Shown piece after piece: positions 39,317 through 49,193 of a DNA stretch of 64,000 bases. Position 1 is the stretch's first letter, and every line of letters starts with the position of its first letter. The position numbers and the translations under genes were made by a program. Source of the DNA: a virus. The notes beneath the pieces were generated by a model. That model was not told where the DNA came from, did no database searches, and was given only the letters and a program-made list of their open reading frames with translations. The stretch is taken from IMG/VR virus record IMGVR_UViG_3300017714_002439; one strand, given 5' to 3'.

Positions 39317-39443
39317 AAGAAACATACCGTTTATTGAAAGTAAACGTGGAGTAAAACAAATAAAGAAAAATATGAGTCATGGAACTTTTAGAGTTAAAAG
39401 ACATCCTAATAGTAAACGTGTTACTAATGGCTCAGAGAAATAA
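39309..39443 (+). CDS. 44-aa basic peptide (not in ORF track)
   Basis: [44 protein letters not shown] fills the gap. Confidence 0.55.
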   Translation: MSKRNIPFIESKRGVKQIKKNMSHGTFRVKRHPNSKRVTNGSEK

Positions 39444-39454
39444 AGGAGCGACAA

Positions 39455-39775
39455 ATGAGAACGACTGAAGAAATACTAACACATATTGACGAGGTAATGG
39501 AGAAATATGTTAATCCTAACGTAGCAATGCATGGAGGAAAAATAAACATATTAAAGTTTGATCCAGAAACAGGATTCCTTCATACACAAATGAGTGGAAG
39601 TTGCAGTGGATGTGCAAGTAGCACAGAAACACTTAAAATGGGTGTTGAGTCAACACTGATGCATTTTGTTGAAGAGATTAAAGGCGTTACAAGTGAGGAT
39701 GATCCAATGTATAACGATCCATATTATGTGGCAGATCATGGCATGATGGATTTTCCGCCTATGGACGATGAATAG
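39455..39775 (+). CDS. nfuA: NifU C-terminal/NfuA Fe-S carrier
   Basis: HGG and GSCSGCASSTETLK. Confidence 0.9.
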   Translation: MRTTEEILTHIDEVMEKYVNPNVAMHGGKINILKFDPETGFLHTQMSGSCSGCASSTETLKMGVESTLMHFVEEIKGVTSEDDPMYNDPYYVADHGMMDFPPMDDE

Positions 39776-40696
39776 ATGACACCTAAGCCTAAAATAGCAA
39801 TTTGTGTAAGTGGACAAACTAGGCATTTTAATACTGACCCACAATACATACAAGATTTTAATAATATTGTTAAGCTATTTGACGACTTTGATTATGACCT
39901 ATATGGTCATACTTGGGCAGATCAAGAAGATCCACATCAAGAAGTATTAGAAAGATTTACTGATTATAGAAGCGATGATCAAAAAGTAATCTGGGATACT
40001 ATTACTGATTCAACCTCTTATAAAGATCCAGGAAACTGTCCAGATTGGTCTCAGTTTTTTACACCAGAAAAAGATTGGATCAAACGAAAAGATTATCAAG
40101 ATATTTTAAATGGGGTATCTGATACAAGTTATATAGATTTTGCAAAAGAAAGAATAAACGGACATTGTGGACAAGTGTGGTCAGCAATGGAAAGTTTCTT
40201 ACTTACTAAACATAAACACTATGATTTTGTTGTAAGACTACGATGGGATTGTAAAATTTGTGACAATGCTGATAACCATATACTTACTATAGAAGAAGAA
40301 ATAAAACAATTTAAAAAGACGGTATGGGCATGGATTAATCAAACTGGAAAGTTTAGTCACTATCCATTTACTCAATCTAACTGTTTAATTGCAGACGATT
40401 GTGTTATTGATGGCGGTTCATTTTATGCCAATGATATGTTATATGTAATAAAGGGCAATGCACTACATAACATTATTAAAAACCACACAACTATTCATAC
40501 GTTTGAAAGAATGTTATCTGAAGGAAGCTGTTCACATAATATAGTTGATATGTCACATATGTTATGGTCAAATTGGTTACAGAGTCTTCAATTAAAATGT
40601 GCTCCAGTGTTAACTAATATAATTCGGGTAAATGGAGATATTAAATGGGTAAACGATCCAGTATTAAAGCCAAATAAAAAATGGAGAGCACAATGA
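39776..40696 (+). CDS. Hypothetical protein (DUF707/glycosyltransferase-associated type)
   Basis: IAICVSGQTR..HTW..YDFVVRLRWD pattern. Confidence 0.4.
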   Translation: MTPKPKIAICVSGQTRHFNTDPQYIQDFNNIVKLFDDFDYDLYGHTWADQEDPHQEVLERFTDYRSDDQKVIWDTITDSTSYKDPGNCPDWSQFFTPEKDWIKRKDYQDILNGVSDTSYIDFAKERINGHCGQVWSAMESFLLTKHKHYDFVVRLRWDCKICDNADNHILTIEEEIKQFKKTVWAWINQTGKFSHYPFTQSNCLIADDCVIDGGSFYANDMLYVIKGNALHNIIKNHTTIHTFERMLSEGSCSHNIVDMSHMLWSNWLQSLQLKCAPVLTNIIRVNGDIKWVNDPVLKPNKKWRAQ

Positions 40697-41217
40697 ATAT
40701 AAAAAATTATATTAGAACAGTTCCTGATTATCCAATTAAAGGAGTAAACTTTTATGATATGAATAGTTTATTTGCTAGTGATATATGGAGAGAAGTTGTG
40801 GTAGATATAGCAGATGCTGTTGAATATCAACTAGAACATAAACCTACACATATTATGGGTATTGAAAGCCGAGGCTTTGTAGTAGGTGCAGCAGTTTCAC
40901 AGGTTTTAGGTGTTCCTTTTGTAATGATTCGTAAAAAAGGTGCTAAATACCCAGGAAGCCTGTTAAAAGAAACGTATGATCTAGAGTATGGATCAGATAC
41001 ACTTGTATTACAAGAAGGTATATTGGGACATACTAGCAGAGTATTATTAGCAGATGATTTAATTGCTACTGGTGGTAGTGCTATTGCATCTAAGAAATTA
41101 TGTGAACAAACAGGCGCAAACGTATTGGGGATAATTTCTCTAATAAATCTCAAATATCTAAATACACCGGAATTTGAGAGTCTAGATGTTGTGTATGGAG
41201 AAGAGGTGACAGAATGA
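40693..41217 (+). CDS. apt: Adenine phosphoribosyltransferase
   Basis: IRTVPDYP, IESRGF, IRKKG, YDLEYG, LADDLIATGGS; GGAG SD before 40693. Confidence 0.92.
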   Translation: MNIKNYIRTVPDYPIKGVNFYDMNSLFASDIWREVVVDIADAVEYQLEHKPTHIMGIESRGFVVGAAVSQVLGVPFVMIRKKGAKYPGSLLKETYDLEYGSDTLVLQEGILGHTSRVLLADDLIATGGSAIASKKLCEQTGANVLGIISLINLKYLNTPEFESLDVVYGEEVTE

Positions 41218-41600
41218 TAGATATTAGCGAAAAAGCCAAAGAACATATGATAGGAATCTCAGATGCTAATAATGGCAAAATAGTATTCCTTGGTATTAAA
41301 GGTGGTGGTTGTGCTGGTTTCAGTTACGACTGGAAATTAAAAGAAGAATCAGAACTTGATGATTATTCAGATGAAATTATTGAGTTAGATGAAACACATA
41401 AACTTGCTATTGATGGAACAAGTTTAATGTATCTATATGGTAGTCAAATTAATTTAAAACAAGACTTATTTGGAACTGTATTAGAAATATCGGCACCATC
41501 AGCACAGAGCTCTTGTGGATGTGGCGAAAGCATTAACTTTGACATGGAAAAAGTTGAAGGTAACATGAGCAAGGTTCAAGAACTTAAAATACCAGAATAA
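41214..41600 (+). CDS. iscA: IscA/HesB A-type Fe-S carrier
   Basis: GGGCAGFSY and SCGCGES. Confidence 0.9.
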   Translation: MIDISEKAKEHMIGISDANNGKIVFLGIKGGGCAGFSYDWKLKEESELDDYSDEIIELDETHKLAIDGTSLMYLYGSQINLKQDLFGTVLEISAPSAQSSCGCGESINFDMEKVEGNMSKVQELKIPE

Positions 41601-41606
41601 GAGAGA

Positions 41607-42767
41607 ATGATGGCTCAGACAGCATGTTCAAGTAGTTGGACAGACGTAAATATAGATTTCAAACGAGGCGTAGTAGGACATTGTTGTAAGTCTGTATACT
41701 ATGACTTCCCTGATGAATATACAGCTGAATTTTATAACAGTGAGCATATCCAAAAACGCAGACAGGATACGCTTAACGGCATTCAACACCCAGACTGCCA
41801 AACTTGTTGGAAGGATATTAACAATGGAGTTACTCCATTCAAAGACTGGACCAACAAGTGGAGTAATTTTGATAATGCTAAAGCTAAAGAGCCACAAATT
41901 TCAATGATCGAAGTAGATTTAGATAACACTTGCGATTTAAGTTGTTTATATTGCAGTGCTGATGCAAGTAGTAAAATTGCACAAGAAGAGGGTATAAAAG
42001 GTATTGATAAAACACGACGAAAAGATATTGACATTTTTAAAGAATGGTTAACGGAAACAATCAATAATTCCACAAAACTTATAACTGTTCACTTTCTAGG
42101 TGGAGAACCCACAGCGAGTAAATTATTCTACGAACTAATTGATCATATTGTAACATTAGATACTAGTAATGTCGCAATACAAATGACAACAAATTGTAAC
42201 AGCAAGGATTACCTTTTTAAGAAATTATTAAATGCAATGGATAAATCCCAATGCAAATGGGAAATTTGTATTAGTAATGAAAGTTTTAAAGAAGATAGTA
42301 ATCTAATTAGATATGGATTAAATTGGGATAGATTTGAACAAAACTTACGAGCCTATGCTTCAAATGAAAAAGTAAAATTTATCAGTTTTCATGCTACTAT
42401 GTGTAGTATTGCACTTCCTACGTTTCCCAAATATGTTCAATGGATTTTTGATACAATGTCAGACTATACTAAAAAATTCGGTATAATGGGCGATGCAGTG
42501 CGTTGGCCAGGTGAGTTGGATATAGCAATACTTCCAGAGTCTTTTAAAACTTATATGGATCAAGCAATACAACTAGTAAAAGAAAAACACTTACCTAATT
42601 GGGCTGACAAAAAAGAGACTTTAGTATTTTTTGAAGGAATAAAGACTCGTATTGGTTCTAACTATCAAGAAGATTATAAAAACACAGTTGAACAATTTTT
42701 AGTACCGAAACAAAAATATAAAAAGACAGATAAACTTATGAGACTAGTAGATCCATTAGGAGAATAA
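41607..42767 (+). CDS. Radical SAM protein, close paralogue of 14190
   Basis: CDLSCLYC, LGGEP; colinear with 14190. Confidence 0.9.
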   Translation: MMAQTACSSSWTDVNIDFKRGVVGHCCKSVYYDFPDEYTAEFYNSEHIQKRRQDTLNGIQHPDCQTCWKDINNGVTPFKDWTNKWSNFDNAKAKEPQISMIEVDLDNTCDLSCLYCSADASSKIAQEEGIKGIDKTRRKDIDIFKEWLTETINNSTKLITVHFLGGEPTASKLFYELIDHIVTLDTSNVAIQMTTNCNSKDYLFKKLLNAMDKSQCKWEICISNESFKEDSNLIRYGLNWDRFEQNLRAYASNEKVKFISFHATMCSIALPTFPKYVQWIFDTMSDYTKKFGIMGDAVRWPGELDIAILPESFKTYMDQAIQLVKEKHLPNWADKKETLVFFEGIKTRIGSNYQEDYKNTVEQFLVPKQKYKKTDKLMRLVDPLGE

Positions 42768-42789
42768 ATTGATAGAAAAGGAAAATATC

Positions 42790-43203
42790 GTGAGTAAAAA
42801 AGTAAACCTAAATGCATACAATGACTTTGTAAAAGAAGTAACAAGTGATGCTTCAATGTCAAGTAAAGCAATGCACGAACGTATTGTGGAAATAGAAGAA
42901 ACAAGTGGAGTTAACATGGCTTCATTATTAACCGGCGGAATTGGACTAGCAAGTGAAGGAGGCGAGTTTGATGAGATTGTTAAGAAATGCGTATTTCAGG
43001 GTAAACCAATGGATAGTGAAACTATCTTTCATGCTAAACGAGAACTTGGCGATATTATGTGGTATTGGATTACTAGTTGTAGGGCACTTAATCTTGACCC
43101 TAATGACGTAATTGCTGAAAACGTTGAAAAACTAAAAGCAAGATATCCAGGTGGTGAATTCGATGTTCACTACAGTGAAAATAGAAAGGACGGGGATCTA
43201 TAG
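42790..43203 (+). CDS. mazG: MazG-like NTP pyrophosphohydrolase
   Basis: GLASEGGE, ELGDIMWY, NVEKLKARYP; GTG start at 42790 preferred. Confidence 0.88.
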   Translation: MSKKVNLNAYNDFVKEVTSDASMSSKAMHERIVEIEETSGVNMASLLTGGIGLASEGGEFDEIVKKCVFQGKPMDSETIFHAKRELGDIMWYWITSCRALNLDPNDVIAENVEKLKARYPGGEFDVHYSENRKDGDL

Positions 43204-43379
43204 TGAGTAAAGAATATTCTGCAACTGAATATGGTTATAGAGGACTGGAAGAATTAAAAGCAAAAGATAAAGAAATTGCTAAACTTAAAGAAAAAATTGG
43301 TAAGTTACAAACCCAACTTCAACAGATGGAAAATCATGCCAATAATTTACAAGCAAGAGCAAGTCTACCAAACTATTAA
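43203..43379 (+). CDS. 58-aa coiled-coil protein (not in ORF track)
   Basis: GTG start overlapping the stop; LKAKDKEIAKLKEKIGKLQTQLQQME. Confidence 0.6.
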   Translation: MSKEYSATEYGYRGLEELKAKDKEIAKLKEKIGKLQTQLQQMENHANNLQARASLPNY

Positions 43380-43382
43380 TAT

Positions 43383-43787
43383 ATGATTCAGTATAAAGGC
43401 AAAGATTACACAGAACTAAACTTCAATGAATGTGTGGAGTTTGAAAAAGAACTATTACAAAAGGTTCTTGCGGCAGGCCGTGCTGGCATGGGCGATGCTA
43501 TGATACATCAATTAAATGTCTTTATTAGTTTATTGCGTGATCAGAAAGCAGAAGCAATAAGAAAAGAAATGAAACAAAAAGGTGATGACAAAGAAGATGG
43601 TATTGTATTAGATACTGACCCAAGTCCAGAATTTGAAATGCTTGAAAAAACGGAGTCATATACACCAATGGCAAAACCACAGGTGTCTTTAACACGAGCA
43701 GATAAATTAAGAATAGCACAAACGTATAAGACTGCTAGAGATCCTGAAGCAGTTAAAATGGCAGAGATGTATAAGAATGGCAAATAA
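43383..43787 (+). CDS. Hypothetical protein
   Basis: 134 aa, coupled. Confidence 0.65.
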   Translation: MIQYKGKDYTELNFNECVEFEKELLQKVLAAGRAGMGDAMIHQLNVFISLLRDQKAEAIRKEMKQKGDDKEDGIVLDTDPSPEFEMLEKTESYTPMAKPQVSLTRADKLRIAQTYKTARDPEAVKMAEMYKNGK

Positions 43788-44568
43788 TGTATTTGGTTGT
43801 TGGTATGAGCCCGGAGACAGTGGAACATGGCTGGCATGGTTTATCAACCAACACGAAAACTATCCTAAATTTAAAAAAGATATACGTTACGAACAAGAAG
43901 GTAAAAAGTTTGGTGAAATTGCATCAGATTACAGTTGTCACGGAGCAGATTGGTTTATAACAGACTTTCATGATCATAACGCTTTTGAGTTTAAAAATTA
44001 CAGACAACGTTTATTAAACAAAAACATAGAACATGATTCAAGTTATAAACATATATGCTATAAATTAATTCCTTGGCATAATCCACTTGGATCTGATGAT
44101 GATGAAATAAAAGAATGGGGATTAACTGACAATACAGTAGAAGATCTTATAGCAAGAATTATAGAAGAAAGTAATACAAAGGCTTTAATTATTCCAGAAG
44201 CAAATGTCAGCTATCAGTTATTTGCAAAAAGACTAGCATTTATAAGACCTAGATTTACTGTTGAGTATGCACTTGACACTTATGAAAATAGAGTAAATCA
44301 AATGTATGCAAATACAGTTTCAAGTCTAAGAAAGTTTACAAAAGTTCATACAGTGGCTATAGATAAATTGCTTCTAAGAAATGATATAGATGAATATCTT
44401 AAACTATTAGACATATTAGAAGTTCCTGCCTTGGAAGGTTGGACTAGTCTTACAAATAACTATTATGCTAAGATTTTACAGCCTTGGGAAAATATACCCA
44501 ATAGCGAATTAAACAATAGACAACAAACATTAGCAAGTATAGATAGCAAGGAAAACCCATATAAATGA
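43777..44568 (+). CDS. Sulfotransferase-like hypothetical protein
   Basis: GDSGTWLAWFINQH. Confidence 0.4.
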   Translation: MANNVFGCWYEPGDSGTWLAWFINQHENYPKFKKDIRYEQEGKKFGEIASDYSCHGADWFITDFHDHNAFEFKNYRQRLLNKNIEHDSSYKHICYKLIPWHNPLGSDDDEIKEWGLTDNTVEDLIARIIEESNTKALIIPEANVSYQLFAKRLAFIRPRFTVEYALDTYENRVNQMYANTVSSLRKFTKVHTVAIDKLLLRNDIDEYLKLLDILEVPALEGWTSLTNNYYAKILQPWENIPNSELNNRQQTLASIDSKENPYK

Positions 44569-45242
44569 ATACAACATTTTGCGTAATGTTCAGTAATGGA
44601 CTAAGCGGCACATGGCTAACATGGTTTTGCAATCAACACAAAGACTTTCCAGATCGTTTAGAACTTGATCCTGCATACAGTGATCCTAAACATCCAGATC
44701 GTATAACTGATTACAGCACACAACCAAACTGGTGGTATGATAAGCAAACTTGGAGTGAGTTTATAACATACTGTGAACGTATGGATCATCCAAACGAGCG
44801 TGAAAACGAGCCAGGGATTAGATGGGGTTCTGAAAAACTAGCATTTAAAGTGCAACCATATCACGAATTCTTTGGTCCTGACATGGGACCCGAAGAGGCT
44901 AAAGAGGCATGTAAGTTTGTTTTAGAAAGAAGTAATTGTAAACAAGTAATAGTTCCTATATGCGATAAAGTGTTATATAAACCAATTTACAATAGATTAG
45001 TTGCAATTAGACACTATAATACAGTTGACAAAGACCCAAAAAAGTGGTATAATAGTGTATTGTATGAATATATTCAGCATGAACTAAAAGTGCCTTTATT
45101 GTATTTAGACATAGGAAAGATACTAAGTGGAATTGATTCAGAGTATCGTAAGTTAATAAAAGCACTTGATGTTCCTGTATTAAACAATTGGAAAGATCTT
45201 GTAAATGAATGCAGAGAACAAATATATGATAATTACACATGA
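44565..45242 (+). CDS. Sulfotransferase-like protein, tandem paralogue of 43777
   Basis: GLSGTWLTWFCNQH; similar C-terminal IDK/IGK..EY.KL..L.VP.L..W. Confidence 0.4.
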   Translation: MNTTFCVMFSNGLSGTWLTWFCNQHKDFPDRLELDPAYSDPKHPDRITDYSTQPNWWYDKQTWSEFITYCERMDHPNERENEPGIRWGSEKLAFKVQPYHEFFGPDMGPEEAKEACKFVLERSNCKQVIVPICDKVLYKPIYNRLVAIRHYNTVDKDPKKWYNSVLYEYIQHELKVPLLYLDIGKILSGIDSEYRKLIKALDVPVLNNWKDLVNECREQIYDNYT

Positions 45243-45760
45243 AGTATAACATTATGAAACAAAATAGACATGGGCAATCAGTAGTTAATGAATTAGATAT
45301 AGTAGATGGATGGTTAAGTGGTAATAATGCATCTAATGTTATTGTTGATGATATAGAACCCATAAATATATATAATGCTTGGTGTAATACATACGATAGC
45401 AAAGATAAGATAACGGCAGACTCAGAATACAAAAAAGATGATTACATAGAAAAATGTATGAGTAACTGGGCGATGCCGGAGGAATATAGAGAACTTGATA
45501 TTAGTAAGTTTATTGATGATAAAGAACTAACGTATCAAGAACGTAAACGAGTAGAGGAAGAAATGATATTATTTCGTGAACGTGGTATGATTCCAGTGCT
45601 TAGATTTCTAGTTTATCTAGTAGATTTATGCAAAGAAAATAACATTGTATTAGGTGTTGGACGTGGATCAAGTGTAGCAAGTTATGTTTTATACTTGCTA
45701 AAAGTTCACAGAGTAAACAGCATTAAATATAATTTAGACATAAAGGAGTTTTTAAAATGA
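45239..45760 (+). CDS. Stand-alone fragment of DNA polymerase III alpha
   Basis: RVEEEM..LVDLCKENNIVLGVGRGSSVASYVLYLL.VH..NSIKYNL. Confidence 0.8.
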   Translation: MKYNIMKQNRHGQSVVNELDIVDGWLSGNNASNVIVDDIEPINIYNAWCNTYDSKDKITADSEYKKDDYIEKCMSNWAMPEEYRELDISKFIDDKELTYQERKRVEEEMILFRERGMIPVLRFLVYLVDLCKENNIVLGVGRGSSVASYVLYLLKVHRVNSIKYNLDIKEFLK

Positions 45761-46224
45761 AAACAATTAAGACAGCAAGAGGCAGATCATTAGATATGGG
45801 CGGGCTGGCAGCACAAAATGAAGAAACTCGTGCTATTAGTAATATGCCTATTAATGCAAGAGGAGACATTATTGATAATCGTGGAAATGTAAAAGTTCAA
45901 CGTGAAAAAATCTCAAAAGAGTTTTACAAAGATAATGTTCCAGGTAGTGATGTTAAAAAAGAATCTATCAAAGAAGATGTCACACTAAAGACAGTTGTTA
46001 AAGAAACACCTGCACCTGAGCCAACTCCTGCACCTAAACCAACACCTGCACCTGCACCTAAACCAACACCTGAGCCTGTAGCAAAAAAAGAAGAAGATGA
46101 CAACATTGAAGTTTCTCGTTCAGAGCGTGAAAGACCAGATGGTAGTAAATACTTTGAAGTAGAATACATGGATGGTAGCATGGAGGAAATAGAAATTCCT
46201 CAAGATAATAAAAACAAAAAATAG
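45757..46224 (+). CDS. Hypothetical protein with Pro/Ala/Thr repeat
   Basis: PAPEPTPAPKPTPAPAPKPTPEP; INARGD motif. Confidence 0.7.
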   Translation: MKTIKTARGRSLDMGGLAAQNEETRAISNMPINARGDIIDNRGNVKVQREKISKEFYKDNVPGSDVKKESIKEDVTLKTVVKETPAPEPTPAPKPTPAPAPKPTPEPVAKKEEDDNIEVSRSERERPDGSKYFEVEYMDGSMEEIEIPQDNKNKK

Positions 46225-46232
46225 GAAACAAA

Positions 46233-46610
46233 ATGACTAAAATAAAAGCAATGCGTGATAAGATTTTAGCAGAGATGATTGATAATCCTGGTGAAGAAAT
46301 TACAACAGCAGGAGGTATTATTTTAATCTCTAAAGATGGAACTGAATCTGCAGTTAGACCACGTTGGTTTAAAGTATACAGTATTGGATCAGATATTGAT
46401 TGGTTACATGAAGGACAATATGTTTTAGTTAATCATGGACGATGGAGTAACGGAATAAAAGTTACAGAAGACCTAAAAATTTATCTATTAGATAACAAAG
46501 ACTGTTTAATGACGTCAGAAGAGAATCCAATGGAAAATAATAATATTCGCATTGGCAGTAAAGCAATTCCTCAACGACCATCAGATGATATGAGTCGTCA
46601 TACTCTTTAA
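46233..46610 (+). CDS. groES: GroES/Cpn10-like co-chaperonin
   Basis: MRDKIL..TTAGGIIL..VYSIG..GQYVL. Confidence 0.75.
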   Translation: MTKIKAMRDKILAEMIDNPGEEITTAGGIILISKDGTESAVRPRWFKVYSIGSDIDWLHEGQYVLVNHGRWSNGIKVTEDLKIYLLDNKDCLMTSEENPMENNNIRIGSKAIPQRPSDDMSRHTL

Positions 46611-46624
46611 TTAAAAGGAACGAA

Positions 46625-47263
46625 ATGAAAAAGATAATAGGCGTAATCCCAGAACCTAAGATAGCACCGCCACCTCCACCTCCACCACCTATGCCAGCTC
46701 CACCAACTCCACCTAAACAACCTGGTGAGTTTTTGCGTGAAAATGGTATAATCTTTATGGAAGATGAATTTAATCAAAAGAACTGTATGCCACTGGTTAA
46801 GATGATAATGGAATTTAATCTTATGCCTGCAGAAAAGGCACCAGAAATTATTCACTTATACATTAACAGTCCAGGCGGACTTGTTGATAGTTGTATGCAT
46901 CTTATTGATGTTGTAAAACAGTCACGCATTCCAGTTTATACATACGGAATGGGCTCAATTGCTTCGTGTGGCGTTATGCTTATGATGGCAGGCGCAAAAG
47001 GACATAGATATCTCACACAAAATACCGCAGTTATGAGTCATGAATTTAGTGGTGGAACAAGAGGACAGTATCATGACATGGTTGATCAACAACCACACAT
47101 GGAATGGACTAATTTAAAATTAATGGAACACTACGTTAAATGCACAGGTAAAAAAGAACCATACATTCGTAAACATTTACTTGCACCTAAAACAGACCAT
47201 TGGCTTACACCCGAAGAAGCAGTTAAGCACGGAATAGCAGATCAGATTATAGAGAGCTACTAA
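46625..47263 (+). CDS. clpP: ClpP protease with polyproline N-terminus
   Basis: YINSPGG, IASCG (Ser), MSHE (His), WLTPEEAVKHGIAD. Confidence 0.9.
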   Translation: MKKIIGVIPEPKIAPPPPPPPPMPAPPTPPKQPGEFLRENGIIFMEDEFNQKNCMPLVKMIMEFNLMPAEKAPEIIHLYINSPGGLVDSCMHLIDVVKQSRIPVYTYGMGSIASCGVMLMMAGAKGHRYLTQNTAVMSHEFSGGTRGQYHDMVDQQPHMEWTNLKLMEHYVKCTGKKEPYIRKHLLAPKTDHWLTPEEAVKHGIADQIIESY

Positions 47264-48654
47264 TGGGTATCCTGAGAGATCCGAATCTTGAAGAAATGAA
47301 GCGAGAGCTTGACGAGATGGGATTAAACTCAGAAACCTTTTGTATGGCTCCATATATTGCAATTGACTTAGATCAAGATGGTGCAGTATATACTTGCTAT
47401 AGAGGTAAACAGAACTTAGGTGGTTGGAAAAAAGTAAGCCTCAAAGATAGTTTCAATAGCCCACACATGCAGAAGATTCGCAGAGATCTTTATGATGGCA
47501 GAAGAAACAAAAACTGTCGTAGTTGTTATGCAGCCGAAGATAGGAATAGTAACAGTCCAAGAGTGCATTTTTATTATGACTTTCTTGACAGATACTATTG
47601 GCAAGATCCTGAAGGTGCTAGAGCATTTATAGACAAAATTAAAAAAAATCACATAGACGCAGATATAAAAGATTTAAAACGTGGTGAACTACGCCCAAGT
47701 AGTTTATGTAATTTACGTTGTATGCATTGTGGTCCACATAGTAGCACTAAGTGGGTAGAAACACTAAACAAAGGTGACAATGCAAAAGTTTATATGGACA
47801 ATGAAGGCTTAATGGAAAACGGCAATGGTGTTATTAATCATGGTATTATAGATGCCGGCTTAACAACATACTACAAAAACACACTAACTAGTGATACAGA
47901 TTACGAAGAAGATTTACTTGAAGTTTTAGATTCACTTGAGCATTTAAGTTTTACAGGTGGAGAACCTTTACTTACGCCAGAACATCCACGTTATTTACAG
48001 CATTTTATTGATAGCGGAAGTGCTAAAGAAATGTTTTTAGAATACAATACAAACCTTAATATTAAAAATATTGAAAAGTTCTTTCCATTATGGGAGCAGT
48101 TCAGACATATACATATTAGGGCAAGTATAGATGCAAGTTTTGACACATATGAATATTTTAGAACATACGGTAAAATTGATTTACTTAAAGAATGTTTAGG
48201 AAAAATACAAAAATTCCGTATGGAAAAAATGGGCGGTAATAATGGAAAATGGTACCGAGGCATGAAAATCAATGGCACAGTAACTTATAATATTTTTAGT
48301 GCATTGCGTTGGAAAGAACTAACAAAAGATTGGACATCACATGATTTAGAATTTCATGTAAGTTTAATTATTGATCACCCTACTAGTGTTAAATATCTAC
48401 CAAATGCGTTACGTGATAAAGCATTAGAAGATATGCAATGGTGCTACGATAATATATTCGAGTTTACAGATAATGAAAAATATGCAAACATCTACAAGCA
48501 CCATACTAAGCAATGTATTAATTACACAGAAGGTTTTGATAACCCAGACGACAAGTTTCCAAAACACGTAGGAAGGTATATAGATTTTTGTGATAAGGCA
48601 AGTGGCAATAGTTACAAAGACTATTTTCCAGAATTAGTAAAGTATATAGAATGA
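47263..48654 (+). CDS. Radical SAM protein with N-terminal twitch-like domain
   Basis: CNLRCMHC, FTGGEP; N-terminal FCMAPY..DGAVYTC..CRSC. Confidence 0.88.
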   Translation: MGILRDPNLEEMKRELDEMGLNSETFCMAPYIAIDLDQDGAVYTCYRGKQNLGGWKKVSLKDSFNSPHMQKIRRDLYDGRRNKNCRSCYAAEDRNSNSPRVHFYYDFLDRYYWQDPEGARAFIDKIKKNHIDADIKDLKRGELRPSSLCNLRCMHCGPHSSTKWVETLNKGDNAKVYMDNEGLMENGNGVINHGIIDAGLTTYYKNTLTSDTDYEEDLLEVLDSLEHLSFTGGEPLLTPEHPRYLQHFIDSGSAKEMFLEYNTNLNIKNIEKFFPLWEQFRHIHIRASIDASFDTYEYFRTYGKIDLLKECLGKIQKFRMEKMGGNNGKWYRGMKINGTVTYNIFSALRWKELTKDWTSHDLEFHVSLIIDHPTSVKYLPNALRDKALEDMQWCYDNIFEFTDNEKYANIYKHHTKQCINYTEGFDNPDDKFPKHVGRYIDFCDKASGNSYKDYFPELVKYIE

Positions 48655-49193
48655 CACAGTTGGTAGATTACTTAGTTTCAAAAGTAGAAAATTCAATAGT
48701 AAACAGTAGTCCATGGTCGCACATTACAATCCCAGACTTTTTACCTAATGATGAATATCATTATTTGCTTGACGAACATAATGCAGTAGAATGGAATAAA
48801 TTTTGGGATACAGAAAGCAGTTGGATAAGTTGTAAATTAAAAGATGCATATTCAAGTAAAGAATTATTTAATGCTATATGTAATAAATTTAACGTAAGCG
48901 TAGTGAACTGTAAAACTACTCAAAAGTTTAAGTATGATACAGAAGATCACACATTGCAAATCCCACACCGAGATAAGGATCTTTGTTATATGACAATGCA
49001 AGTATTCTTGCAACCAAGGTGCTATCCAGATGGTGGAACAGTGCTTATGGCTGATGCAGATTCAATTATAAAAGAACTGCCTTTAGAAGCTAATTATTGT
49101 AGTATATTTTTAAATACACATAACAGTTGGCACACAGTGAAGCAACGTGGATACACTCGTAAGAGTATGGTGCAAAGATGGATAAAAATTTAA
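48651..49193 (+). CDS. 2OG-Fe(II) oxygenase
   Basis: PHRD (HxD), GGT, SWHTV, R-x-S. Confidence 0.75.
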   Translation: MTQLVDYLVSKVENSIVNSSPWSHITIPDFLPNDEYHYLLDEHNAVEWNKFWDTESSWISCKLKDAYSSKELFNAICNKFNVSVVNCKTTQKFKYDTEDHTLQIPHRDKDLCYMTMQVFLQPRCYPDGGTVLMADADSIIKELPLEANYCSIFLNTHNSWHTVKQRGYTRKSMVQRWIKI

